Part shown: piece by piece, positions 42,231 through 53,763 of the stretch
Position numbering within the stretch: position 1 is the first letter of the stretch
How the letters are laid out: every line of letters starts with the position of its first letter
From: Eledone cirrhosa
Lineage: Eukaryota
NCBI GenBank assembly: GCA_964016885.1
Contig: OZ024761.1
Coordinates: 5,518,001-5,582,000, forward strand
Length of the DNA: 64,000 nucleotides
Reading direction: 5' to 3'
Translations under genes and position numbers: made by a program
The notes under the pieces: model-generated
Seen by the model: the letters and a program-made list of their open reading frames with translations, nothing else
What the model was told of the DNA's origin: nothing
Databases searched by the model: none

Positions 42231-42402
42231 TCATTTATTAGCCACAAGGGCCGACATGTAGGGGACATAATAATAATAACGTTATTACGAAGGGTTTCTT
42301 TATTAGCAACAATAATTGTTTCTACGTTTGGCACAAGGCCAGCAACCACCCAGTGTATTACTGGTACAATAATAGTATTTATGTTGTTTTGTTGGCATCT
42401 AA

Positions 42403-42435
<33 letters not shown>

Positions 42436-44368
42436 GAGGGCAATTGTGATGTCTCCGGTGATAATGATAGTTGTAATCATAGCAGCACTCAGGAGTAGTA
42501 AGTAGTAGTGTTGTTGTTGTTGTTGGTGGTGGTGGTAATGGTGTTGTTGCTGGTGGTGGTGGTGTTAAAGGTAATGGTGCTGTTGTTGTTGTTGGTGGTG
42601 GTAATGTTGTTGATAGTGGTGGTGGTAATGGTGTTGTTGTTGGTGGTGGTGGTGTTAAAGGTAATGTTGTTGTTGTTGGTGGTGGTGGTGGTAATGTTGT
42701 TGATGGTGGTGGTGGTGGTGTTAGTGGTGGTAATGGTGTTGTAGTTCTAGTTGTTGTTGTTGTTGTTGGTGGTAGTGGTAATGGTGTTGTTGTTGTTGTT
42801 GTAGTTGTTGTTGTTGGTGGTGGTGGTGTTGTTAGAGGTAATGATAGATATACAACCAACTTATTGCCTTCGTGGGGAAGGGAGCAATGGAGAGATTTAA
42901 TTACGGGCCTCGCTGCGAGACTTCCTACGTCTGGCGAGGAGGGGGAGGATAAGGATAAAGCCGTTGTTGGTGTTGTAGACGATGACAATGATGTTAACAA
43001 GGATGATGATGGTGATGATGGCATTATTGCTGCTGCTGCTGCTGCTGCTGGTAGTGATAGCGGCGGTGGTGATGGCGGAAGCCGGTTTGAAGGTTGTGGC
43101 GGCCTCAGTTTTGATGATGTCAGCATTCCCCTTTCATTATTTGGTCGAGTTCCGCCGCCGACAGCAGCCTGGCCCCGCTTCTCTTCATCTTCACTAACTA
43201 TTCTCTCCTTTATTGGCTGCCATTTTCTCTTCCGCCCTGCTTCTTCTTCCCTGGGGACTTTACTTTCTTCAGCTGTAATTTCTTCGACTTCTCCCTTCTT
43301 TTTTCTATTCCAGTTTATTGCCAGTTCTTCCAGTACCTCTCCTGTATCCTCTCTGCTACCCTTTATCTCATCTACCCGCTTAAACTCCACAAAAAATGCA
43401 TCTTTACCAAACGTCTCTCGGTGATTTTCAGCGTTTCTTATATTTCCACTTTTCACAATTTCCCTTCCACTACACGGGTTTTCTGCATTGCTTTTGCTGT
43501 TGCTGTTGCTGTTGTTATTGTTGTTGTTGTTGTTGTTGTTACTCTGATAATAATTATTATTGTGAGTATGCATATTATTGTTATTATCATTTGTAGCCGT
43601 AGTAGTAGTAGTAGTAGCCGTAGTAGTAGTAGTAGTAGTAGTAGTATTAATATGGTTATTGTTGTTTGTTTCAATACGTCTCGGTTGTTCGCTCACGTTA
43701 CCATCAGCGGCGTCTCTATCGCCTTTGCCACATTTATAGAGGCTTCTGTTCCAACAGACATCAGGTCTGTATAAAGCCTTACAAATGACTTCTTCATGCG
43801 TATCACATGTCCCGGAAGTAATGGTCAGAGCCGGATCCATGCCGTATACAATGACACTGGTGTCTATACCAACTGTGATATTGTCGTGTTGGTCGTCTTC
43901 ACAGTCAAACTTACCGTCGTCCAACTCTTGCAGCGTCTGCTGGTCGTCAAAGGGGAAGACACGACAATGGCTGCTCGAAATGGTTAAATGTTGGAGGGTG
44001 GTGTAATGGTGTAGCTGAACGCCACAAAGATAATTTGGATGATCGTAATGGTTATACATATGATGACTATGGTAATTATGATAAAGATAAAGAGGATAAA
44101 AACAAGGATGAGAATCTCTTCGGCTTGAATTAAATACTTGAATCTCATCATTTGATCTGTAACTTGTCATTGTACAAAGTTTCAAAATGGTGGCGGCTTT
44201 AGAATCCATTCTTCCATCAATTTCTGTTGTTCTTGTTCTTGTTGTTGTTGTTACTGTTGCTACTGTTGTTGTTGTTGTTGCTGTTTTTCTTTTTCTTCTT
44301 CGTCTTCTTCGTCTTCTTCTTTTTCCTACGGTTGTAGCTATTTTCTTCGGCAAAGAAGCCAATTGAGG
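39419..44368 (-). CDS. About 1650-codon in-frame continuation after the TAG; low complexity (poly-N/T/P/S/D/Q/A), basic cluster at its start, hydrophobic signal-peptide/TM-like segment MKYLILVSLAVIQLFSRPVLTA near its end; runs into a splice donor
   Basis: Stop-free for about 4.95 kb in the same frame as 44369-45655. Every repeat inside is a trinucleotide or frame-preserving. The frame ends ...GGA ATG|GTAAGT. The track's initial M at 44362 is a TTG, not an ATG. Confidence 0.6.
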
Positions 44369-45655
44369 CTAAGGTGGAGACGACGATGTCGGGGAACTCA
44401 ACAAGGACTTCGACGGCGGTGTTGTTGATGGTGGCGGTGTTGTTGTAGTTGGAGTTGGTGTTGCTGGTGGAGGCGATGGTGGAGGTGCCATTGGCAATGG
44501 TGACAAAGGAAGTTGTGAGGAGAACGATGAAGGGGGTAGATAGTGTGAAGACGGGGAGATTGATGAAGGCGATCCTGGTGAAGATGAAGCAGATGAGGAG
44601 TAGAACGCCGAAGAGGAAACATTGAAAGTTGGGAGGAGCATGCGCGATAACATATTGTTAGTTTTGAAACGTTGGTCGGCCGTTTTCGTTGGAGATGATT
44701 GGGGTACAACAAGTGAGGAATTAAAGCGAAACACAGAATTCTTTTGTTGAAATTGTTGTTGTTGTTGTTGTTGCTTTAGTAATGGCGAATCAGCGGTCGG
44801 CTGGGTTGCTCCTTCGTCAGCTCGCAGAATCGAATTTTTCTTTGAGCCACTTGCAATTACTGACAAAGCGTGTGTAAGTTGATCGTCGAAAGTACGACGT
44901 TGGTCACGCGACGAGACGTTGGTAACGTCAGAGAGAGCAAAGGACGTCATTGGTGGTGTTGCGTAGAGTGCTGCGGTTGGGTCGTCTGTAACGGCGGTGT
45001 CGTAAGGTGGTGGCAAGAAGGCAGGACAACCGTACATCATTGCCTGTGAGGATGCGAAGACTTCGGCTGCGTGTATGGCTGATTCGACTGACGGCTGCGA
45101 TGATGGAGAAATTAACGAGGAAGACATTGATAAAGGCATTGATGGCGGGGACGTGTTTGATGGAGTGGCAGGGGAATTTAACGAGAAAGACGTTGGGCAA
45201 GGGCTTGAACGCGATGTCAAAGGGGACGAGGACAAAGGCGACGTAGAATTTTTCTTATCGAGAGAAACTAGTTGTGATAGTGGTGGAGGTTTCCGTTTAG
45301 TGGTCGGTAATATCCGAGCCGGTGAATATAATAAGACAGCTGATGATCCTTGGATTGGTGACTCAGATTCCACTTCATCGGGGACTGATCCCGGGTCACC
45401 TTTGGTGTTTTCAAGGACACTTGATGGAGTTGTCGAATCATAGCTAGAACCAGAAGTAGAACTTTGGTGAGCCTGTTCCTCCTGTTCTTCACTTAGATTC
45501 TTCACGATTCTTTCAGAATCAGAATCATTCTTGATCTCCTCTCCAGATCTGTAATTGAGGTTCAGTGTAACGGTTACATCACCCTCGTCGGGCAGTTCAC
45601 CAACGCTGTTCTCAGTTGCCGCTGAAACCGTCCGATCCAAACAGGAGGACGCCAT
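44369..45655 (-). CDS. 428-aa Ser/Pro/Thr-rich, probably disordered ORF with a PPxY motif (LPPPY) and polyQ; first coding part of a giant exon; gene unidentified
   Basis: True ATG in an AAAAAAAAATGG context 218 nt after a splice acceptor. Mostly non-repetitive sequence, no dinucleotide microsatellites. Ends at TAG 44371-44369. Confidence 0.7.
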   Translation of the reverse strand: MASSCLDRTVSAATENSVGELPDEGDVTVTLNLNYRSGEEIKNDSDSERIVKNLSEEQEEQAHQSSTSGSSYDSTTPSSVLENTKGDPGSVPDEVESESPIQGSSAVLLYSPARILPTTKRKPPPLSQLVSLDKKNSTSPLSSSPLTSRSSPCPTSFSLNSPATPSNTSPPSMPLSMSSSLISPSSQPSVESAIHAAEVFASSQAMMYGCPAFLPPPYDTAVTDDPTAALYATPPMTSFALSDVTNVSSRDQRRTFDDQLTHALSVIASGSKKNSILRADEGATQPTADSPLLKQQQQQQQFQQKNSVFRFNSSLVVPQSSPTKTADQRFKTNNMLSRMLLPTFNVSSSAFYSSSASSSPGSPSSISPSSHYLPPSSFSSQLPLSPLPMAPPPSPPPATPTPTTTTPPPSTTPPSKSLLSSPTSSSPP

Positions 45656-45873
45656 TTTTTTTTTAAGAGTGCGTATAGATATGTTGGTCGGGACGGACAG
45701 GAATCGTTGGGGGGAGAACGATGTAAGCGACCTTTCACACTTTACACAGAATCAACCAATCTTCAGCAACTTTTTACTTCTTTTTCTTCTTATCGCACAC
45801 AATAACTGTTTCTATTACTGTTGCTGTTGTTGTTGTTTTGTGCAAAGTTTATATTGATTTTATATCGATTTAT

Positions 45874-45910
45874 CTGAAAAGAAAATAAGAAAACGAAAGC
45901 AATGTTAAAA
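45874..45910 (-). other. 3' splice site (branch point, polypyrimidine tract, CAG) of the giant exon
   Basis: Minus strand reads TTTTAACATTGCTTTCGTTTTCTTATTTTCTTTTCAG|ATAAATCG; exon would begin at 45873. Confidence 0.65.
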
Positions 45911-45962
45911 AATTCATTAAAAAATGAAGAAGGTAAATAAATATTTTCGGACGAACAATAAA

Positions 45963-46150
45963 AATAATTGTTTCTACTTTTGGCACAAGGCCAGCAATTA
46001 ACCAGTACATTACTGGTACTTTATTTTATCGACCTCGTAAGGATGAAAGGCAAAGTTAACGTCGGCGGGATTTGAACTCAGAATGGCAAGGGCCGTAACT
46101 CTATGCGTCAAAGCATGGCGTCCGACCCTCTACCGATACTGTCAATCCAC
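45963..46150 (-). mobile_element. SINE with TSD
   Basis: ACGAACAATAAAAATAAT duplicated on both flanks. Confidence 0.9.
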
Positions 46151-46184
46151 GAACAATAAAAATAATATAGGTTCTTTATTATTT

Positions 46185-46350
46185 GTGGATTGGCAGGATC
46201 AGTAGAGGGTCAGAGTTATGCCCCTTTACATTCTGAGTTCAAATCCCGCCAAGGTTAACTTTGCCTTTCATCCTTACTGAGTCGACAAAATAAAGTACCA
46301 GTAATGCACTGGTGTAATTGCTGGCCTTGTGCCAAAAAGTAGAAACAATA
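46185..46350 (+). mobile_element. SINE with an internal deletion, head-to-head with the previous copy
   Basis: GTGGATTGGCAG...GTAGAAACAAT. Confidence 0.8.
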
Positions 46351-46394
46351 TATCTAAGTGGTGAATCCTGTTACGCTGGAGTTTCACCGTGTAC

Positions 46395-47012
46395 ACAGGA
46401 TCGTATCACACACACACAGGATCGTATCACACACACACATGATCGTATCACACACACACATGATCGTATCACACACACACACACACACAGGATCGTATCA
46501 CACACACACAGGATCGTATCACACACACACACACACACACACACAGGATCGTATCACACACACACACACACACACACACGCACAGGATCGTATCACACAC
46601 ACACAGGATCGTATCACACACACACAGGATCGTATCACACACACACATGATCGTATCACACACACACACACACACAGGATCGTATCACACACACACAGGA
46701 TCGTATCACACACACACACACACACACACACAGGATCGTATCACACACACACACACGCACAGGATCGTATCACACACACACAGGATCGTATCACACACAC
46801 ACAGGATCGTATCACACACACACACACACACACACAGGATCGTATCACACACACACAGGATCGTATCACACACACACACACACACACACACAGAGGATCG
46901 TATCACACACACACATGATCGTATCACACGCACACACACACACACACACAGGATCGTATCACACACACACACACACAGGATCGTATCACACACACACACA
47001 GGATCGTATCAC
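46395..47012. repeat. GGATCGTAT(CA)n composite minisatellite
   Basis: Fixed 9-mer alternating with variable CA runs. Confidence 0.9.
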
Positions 47013-47252
47013 ACATATATATATACATGTTAGTGTGTGTGTATATATATAAATATATATATGTATATGTATGTATGTGTGTGTGTATATGTATATATGT
47101 ATATATATATATATGTGTGTATGTATATATGTATGTGTGTGTGTGTGTATGTATATATGTATGTGTGTATGTATATATGTATGTGTGTGTGTATGTATAT
47201 ATGTATGTGTGTGTGTGTATATGTATATATGTATTGTGTGTGTGTATATGTA

Positions 47253-47298
<46 letters not shown>

Positions 47299-47775
47299 CG
47301 TGTGTATTTATATATGTATGTATGTGTGTGTGTGTATATGTATATATGTATTGTGTGTGTGTGTATATGTATATATGTATACATATATATGTATGTGTGT
47401 GTGTGTGTGTATATGTATATATGTATTCATGTAAACATATATATGACTGTGTTTATTATACAGACTTGGGTAGGCCGACCACACATCCATACATGGGAGA
47501 TGACGTAAGCAGGTGACAGCCACGTCACCTGGATGTATTGTATACTGAAGGCGAGGGTAAAAGGGAATTAGTGGTGGGTGGATAAAGGGTGGAATGTCAT
47601 CATACTTCACCATCCACCTTGACTCATTCTACACACACTTCAATACACACTGACTCAGACCCCCATCCTCAACGACTAACCACACATCCAGCGAGCTGGA
47701 CAACACATCATACAATAGAAAGATTAATAATTATTTCAGTCTATTGTGTATGACTGTCTGTGATGAACCCACACT

Positions 47776-47869
<94 letters not shown>

Positions 47870-47942
47870 CCACTCTCCTGAGCGTGAATCTAATAAACAT
47901 TTGTCGTACTGCCTCTCTGTTCTGTCCCTGTTCAATTTTTTA

Positions 47943-48020
<78 letters not shown>

Positions 48021-48364
48021 CGGAGGAAATGTGGTAAGGAACCAGGTGGACCATAACGCACCAAAGTACTCAATACTAAGGGTAGTAGAGTGGGTAATAA
48101 GAACGAGTAGGACCCCGACGGCTGAGCTCAAGCCGTTTCGACGGCTAATTCTGGACTAAATGAACATTTTTATCCTGGTATTTTAATAGCCGGCTATTAA
48201 AATACCAGGATAAACATTTTCATTTAGTCCAGAATTAGCCGTCGAAACGGCTTGAGCTCAGCCGTCGGGGTCCTACTCGTTCCTATATATATATATATAT
48301 AAATATATTTCGTTTCTGAATTTGTTTTGCAAGATGCTTTATCTGAAAACGTGTGTTGAAACAG

Positions 48365-48780
48365 ATATTGTTATACTTTGGGAGGCCAATAAGAAACACA
48401 CGTACCAGTTACTTTCACTCCAATTTATTATAAATTAAACATTTTTTATTTTTTTATTTTTACAAAAATTTATAAATTTCCGGTTGGTTGGTTGGTTCCA
48501 CAACCGGACAGTTGTTCATATATTGTCAAAGTTCTTTCGTCACACATTCTGTGACCTCTTCAGTGACTGGGGATTCTTTTCTTTGTTTTGTGCCTCTCCT
48601 TTGTTCTGACGAAAGAACTTTGACAATATATGAACAACCGTCCGACTGTGGAACCAACCAACCAACCGGAAATTTATAAATTCTTAAATTTATAAATTTA
48701 TTATAATAAATTGGAGTGAAAGCAAACTGGTGCGTGTATTTCTTATTGGCAACATGACCCTCCCAAAGTATAACAATATA
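48365..48780. mobile_element. Long inverted repeat (~175-bp arms) in (TA)n, family E
   Basis: 48365-48541 versus 48608-48780 reverse complementary. Confidence 0.55.
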
Positions 48781-49012
48781 TATATATATATGTATTTATT
48801 AAAATAATAGATTAAAGTTTAAGCAAAGAATCGCTGCTTTCACCCTTAACGGGATCTTCTGAAACTAAAAAAGTCAATCTGTGAACGCAGAAGTAAATAT
48901 TTCAAAAAACGTTGCAACCGGAGGAAGACAGGAAGACGATACTTTGGTTCGTGGAAACGTTCCCTGGTAAAGAACGGGAAAAAACGAATATAATACGTCA
49001 TTATTTGGAGCG

Positions 49013-49197
49013 GTGGATTGGCAGTATCTGTAGAGGGTCGGACGCCATGCTTTCCAGCATAGTTACGTCCCTTTACGATCTGAGTTCAAATCCCGCCGAG
49101 GTTGACTTTGCCTTTCATCCTTACGGGGTCGATAAAATAAAGTACCAGTAATGCACTGGGTAATTTCTGGCCTTGTGCCTAAAGTAGAAACAATTAT
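49013..49197 (+). mobile_element. SINE with TSD, nested in a family A PLE-like element
   Basis: ATTATTTGGAGCGGTG at ~49000 and ~49193. Confidence 0.9.
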
Positions 49198-49532
49198 TTG
49201 GAGCGGTGAAAAACAATTACACGCAAAGACAAAACCACGTTTATGGTATAAAAGAAGTCGTAGACTAATATTCTATTAGGTGGTTCATAGAGACGTTCTC
49301 TGGCAATGAACGGAAAAAACGAAGATAATACGTCATATGTGGAGCGGGGAGAACAATTGCACGCAAAGACAAAACCACGTAAATGGTATAACTGAAGTCG
49401 TAGGGCCTCTATAACGTATGTTAATTGCTCTGGTCTTCTTTTAGTCCATTGAGCGCTTACTGCGTATCTCGAGGATTGCGTATCGTTTTGTTTTTGGCCA
49501 CCGTCGAAATACCTTCTCACTGAAATTATATT

Positions 49533-49590
<58 letters not shown>

Positions 49591-49724
49591 GGTTTGAGGT
49601 TCACCACTGTATAGAGCTGGTCTATTCCGTATGGTCAATCGTAATGCAATAATATAGCGAGTACTCAACGTAAAGCAGTTCAACCGTCTTTGTTTTTGTA
49701 GTTGGTGGTGCTATTACGGAGTTA

Positions 49725-49990
49725 AATATTATAATGAAATGACAGGAGGCTGGATTTGTGTAAATCCTTGAAAGGTTTATTATACTATGATCATTTCAAT
49801 GACCGGGTTCCGTATGATTCCTCGATTTTCAGCCCCATGGATTTTATCTATTACATTCACGTATTATATTTCGAATACCTGATGATATCACCGGATTCAT
49901 GCGGAACCCGGTCATTGAAATGATCATAGTATAATAAACCTTTCAAGGATTTACACAAATCCAGCCTCCTGTTATTTCATTATAATATTA
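49725..49990. mobile_element. Inverted repeat (~90-bp arms) next to (TA)n with a hammerhead-like CTGATGA...GGAACCCGGTC
   Basis: 49725-49817 versus 49897-49989. Confidence 0.5.
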
Positions 49991-50162
49991 TATATATATA
50001 TATCGTTTAGGGTTACCCTAGTTCAGATTTAGAGTATTCTGTACCAAGGAGTGTTTTAGCGGACACTGGTTGTTGACTGAACAAGACGTTTACTACCTTT
50101 GGTTTATGGCGAGTTCCCTGAGTGTTCCGTGATCAGTAGTTCTTGGAGTAGTGACAAGAGAT

Positions 50163-50233
<71 letters not shown>

Positions 50234-50261
50234 TGTGTGTGTGTGTATATATGTATGGAAA

Positions 50262-50487
50262 AGATCGATGGACTTTCGTCAAATCGGACCGAGGAATCAA
50301 TGTTTTCGTCGGTCTTTCCAGTTGCTGATACTATCTATCGGTTGCAACTCCAGGTCGAAGGAGCAACGTGAAATAAAGTGTCTTGCTCAAGGACATAACG
50401 CATCGCCTCATAACGCATCGCCTGGTCCAGGAATCGAACTCACAACCTCACGATTGTGAATCCAATTCTCTAACCACTCAGCCACAC
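50262..50487 (-). mobile_element. Second tRNA-derived SINE family (CORE-like central domain)
   Basis: Minus strand GTGGCTGAGTGGTTAG (A box), GAGTTCGATTCC (B box), TGTCCTTGAGCAAGACACTT; second copy at 59483-59688. Confidence 0.7.
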
Positions 50488-50500
50488 TCCTTCACAAATG

Positions 50501-50534
<34 letters not shown>

Positions 50535-50537
<3 letters not shown>

Positions 50538-50735
50538 TCATCATCATCGTTTAACGTCCATTTTCAACGCTAGCATGGGTTAGACGAATTGTCCCGCTTG
50601 AGGCAAGTTGGGTCAGGTGACCATGTCTTGCTTACACAGAACTGTTTCTGGCGCTAAGTTTCTACGGCTGGATGCCCTTCCTAACGTCAACCACATTTAC
50701 AGCGTGGGCTGGGTGCTTTTTGTCGTGACACCTAC
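50535..50735 (-). mobile_element. 3' part of a third SINE family with (GAT)n tail
   Basis: GGTTGACGTTAGGAAGGGCATCCAGCCGTAGAAAC motif, which I recall from invertebrate SINE bodies; ends GGACGTTAAACGATGATG. Confidence 0.5.
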
Positions 50736-50739
50736 ACGA

Positions 50740-50783
<44 letters not shown>

Positions 50784-50822
50784 TCATGTCTAGGCAGTAT
50801 TTACTGATGTACTATTATATAT

Positions 50823-50862
<40 letters not shown>

Positions 50863-50894
50863 TCATGTCTAGGCAGTATTTACTGATGTACTAT

Positions 50895-50954
<60 letters not shown>

Positions 50955-51554
50955 GTAAAAAAAAACAAAACAAATCGAGGTACTTAATTAATCCATTGTT
51001 TTACGATCGTTTCAGAAGACAAAGTAACAATACCCTGAGTACTTGATGGTAGTCCATACCACCGGGATCGTGAAAGCACATCTCTGCAGTTGAATCACTC
51101 GGAGGCACAAAACGGCATTCTCAGATATTCGAAATTCTTTTCCAACTCCCTTTACAATGGATGATACATCCGAAATAATGGGACCAATATATATTTCTAA
51201 GGTAAGATTATCTCTGGTTCTTTTCTTTTTTTATCCTTTTTTATTCCTCGTCCCTTAACCTCACCTCACTGTTTCTTCACTCGTTTCTTTGTTACCTGAG
51301 TATTTACCACCTCATATGCACTAATAATGCCTCATCACCGCCCCAAGGCATCGGCTGACTCAAGAACAAGACATTGTAACGGCTTACTAACCATAACCAA
51401 TATTCATATCTATAGTTTTAATTTGTTTTTATTAATTCATTAACCTGTTGACTGCCGTGTATATTTTACAGTTGCATCGAGCTTTAAACTCTCTGGTCAT
51501 GTTGATACACAATAATAACAACACTGTTATTATTATTAATATTATATTACTGGG

Positions 51555-51785
51555 AGAGGGCACTTGCCCTGGTGGTCAGGGTCAGTGTGGCCTTTTAATG
51601 TGCTTTCTCCACAAATGTCCCTTGGAAGTCTCCCCCCTATTGGGGAATTTTTCATTGTTATTTTATGTTACATCCTGTTTTTGTTTTTTTTTACACGCAG
51701 AAATGCCCATTTGTACCGTCCTGTATTGTCCTGTACTGTCCTTAATGTCTACTTTATGTAAACCCTTGTGGTTAATAAAGAAAGC
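51555..51785 (+). mobile_element. Related Tx1/L1-like 3'UTR fragment
   Basis: Shares CCCCTATTGGGGA and CCCTTGTGGTTAATAAAGAAA with 31200-31582. Confidence 0.4.
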
Positions 51786-51973
51786 ATTATTAATATTATA
51801 TTATATCAATATTATATTATTATCTTTAATATTATATTATTATTATCATTAATATTATATTATATTATATTATTATTAATATTATATCATATTATATTAT
51901 ATTATTATTATCATTAATATTATATTATATTATATTATTATTATTAATATTATATCATATTATATTATATTAT

Positions 51974-52160
51974 GGTGGATTAGCAGTATCGGTAGAGGGT
52001 CGGACGCCATGCTTTGACGCATAGAGTTACGGCCCTTGCCATTCTGAGTTCAAATCCCGCCGAGGTTAACTTTGCCTTTCATCCTTACGGGGTAGATAAA
52101 ATAAAGTACCAGTAATGTACTGAGTAATTTCTGGCCTTGTGCCAATAGTATAAACAATTA
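51974..52160 (+). mobile_element. SINE within (ATATT)n
   Basis: Full consensus. Confidence 0.85.
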
Positions 52161-52231
52161 TAGTATATTATATTATATTATATCATAGTATATTATAAAA
52201 TATTATATAATATAATATTATATTATATATG

Positions 52232-52416
52232 TTTATACACATAACAAAAGTGCTACCTAAGGTTTCAAGGCCCAATATTAACGATATCTCCAGAATGTGA
52301 GAGGGGTCAAAATGTTGACCTAATCTTCAGGTGAGCTTTGATGTCTCTTCTATTCTGGAGATAGGGGCAATGATGGGCCTTGAAACCTTAGGTAGCGCTT
52401 TTGTTATGTGTATAAA
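52232..52416. mobile_element. 185-bp fold-back element (43-bp terminal inverted repeats); MITE or PLE terminus
   Basis: TTTATACACATAACAAAAG...GGCCCA / TGGGCC...CTTTTGTTATGTGTATAAA, plus inner ATCTCCAGAAT/ATTCTGGAGAT. Confidence 0.55.
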
Positions 52417-52517
52417 TATGTATAAATAATAGCATATTATATAATATATAATATAATATAATATAATTAATACGTTATCATGTAATATAATATAATATAT
52501 AATATAATATAATATAA

Positions 52518-52980
52518 TTAATTGTTTCTACTTTTGGCACAAGGCCAGCAATTATTCCAGTGTATTACTGGTACTTTATTTTATCGACCCCGTAAGGATG
52601 AAAGGCAAAGTCAACCTCGGCGGGATTTGAACTCAGATCGTAAAGGGACGCATGGACAGCATGGCGTCCGACTCTCTACCGATACTGACAATCCACCGCC
52701 CCTATATTATATTATATTATATTATATTATATTATATAATATAATGTAATATAATATAGTATAATATAATATAATTAATATAGTATAATATAATATAATA
52801 TAATTGTTTCTACTTTAGGCACAAGGCCAGCAATTACCCAGTGTATTACTGGTATTTTATTTTATCGACCCCGTAAGGATGAAAGGCAAAGTTAATCTCG
52901 GCGGGATTTGGATTCAGAATGGCAAGGGCCGTAACTCTATACGTCAGAGCATGGCGTTCGACCCTCTACCGATACTGCCA
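52518..52980 (-). mobile_element. Two SINE copies (~52518-52697, ~52799-52980) within (AATAT)n
   Basis: Consensus, reverse orientation. Confidence 0.8.
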
Positions 52981-53231
52981 AATATAATATAATATAATTA
53001 ATATAATATAATATAATATAACATAATATAATATAATATAATATAGTTAATATAATATAATATAATATAATATAGTTAATATAATATAATATAATATAAT
53101 ATAATTAATATAATATAATATAATATAATATAATTAATATAATATAATATAAAATAATATTAATATAATATTTTATCTCTCTTCTCGATTGAGCAGTTTT
53201 CCTTTCTCCTATTTCACACACATGGATATTG

Positions 53232-53315
<84 letters not shown>

Positions 53316-53701
53316 CTCTCTCTATATATATGGCTGCACACGTATGTGTGTGTGTTTCACTGTTTACAGTTTGATTATATACTATTGCATTATACGTGTT
53401 AAAAAAATAATTTATCTGGGTATATGTATGTGTGTGTGTATGTATGCGTATGTTTGTGTGTATGTTTGTTTATGTGTATGTATGTATGTTTGTGTATGTG
53501 TATGTGTGTGTGTATGTTTGTGTGTATGTATGCGTATGTTTGTGCGTATGCGTATGTTTGTGTATGCTTATGTGTATGTGTGTGTATGTGTATGTGTGTG
53601 TATGTTTCTACACATGTTAGTATAAGTGATAGCAGGTGCTTGTGATCATGTAATATCATACACACATAGATACACACACATACATACATACATACATAAT
53701 A

Positions 53702-53763
<62 letters not shown>

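Noticed and set aside
39699-45443. Plus-strand ORFs overlapping the giant exon
   Set aside because: Antisense shadows of trinucleotide-rich coding sequence.
44369-45655. Assigning a gene name (for example a receptor) to the giant exon
   Set aside because: No recognisable folded domain in the window; identity needs downstream exons or a homology search.
46395-47012. CRISPR-like repeat/spacer appearance
   Set aside because: The spacers are only (CA)n, the DNA is eukaryotic, and there are no cas genes.
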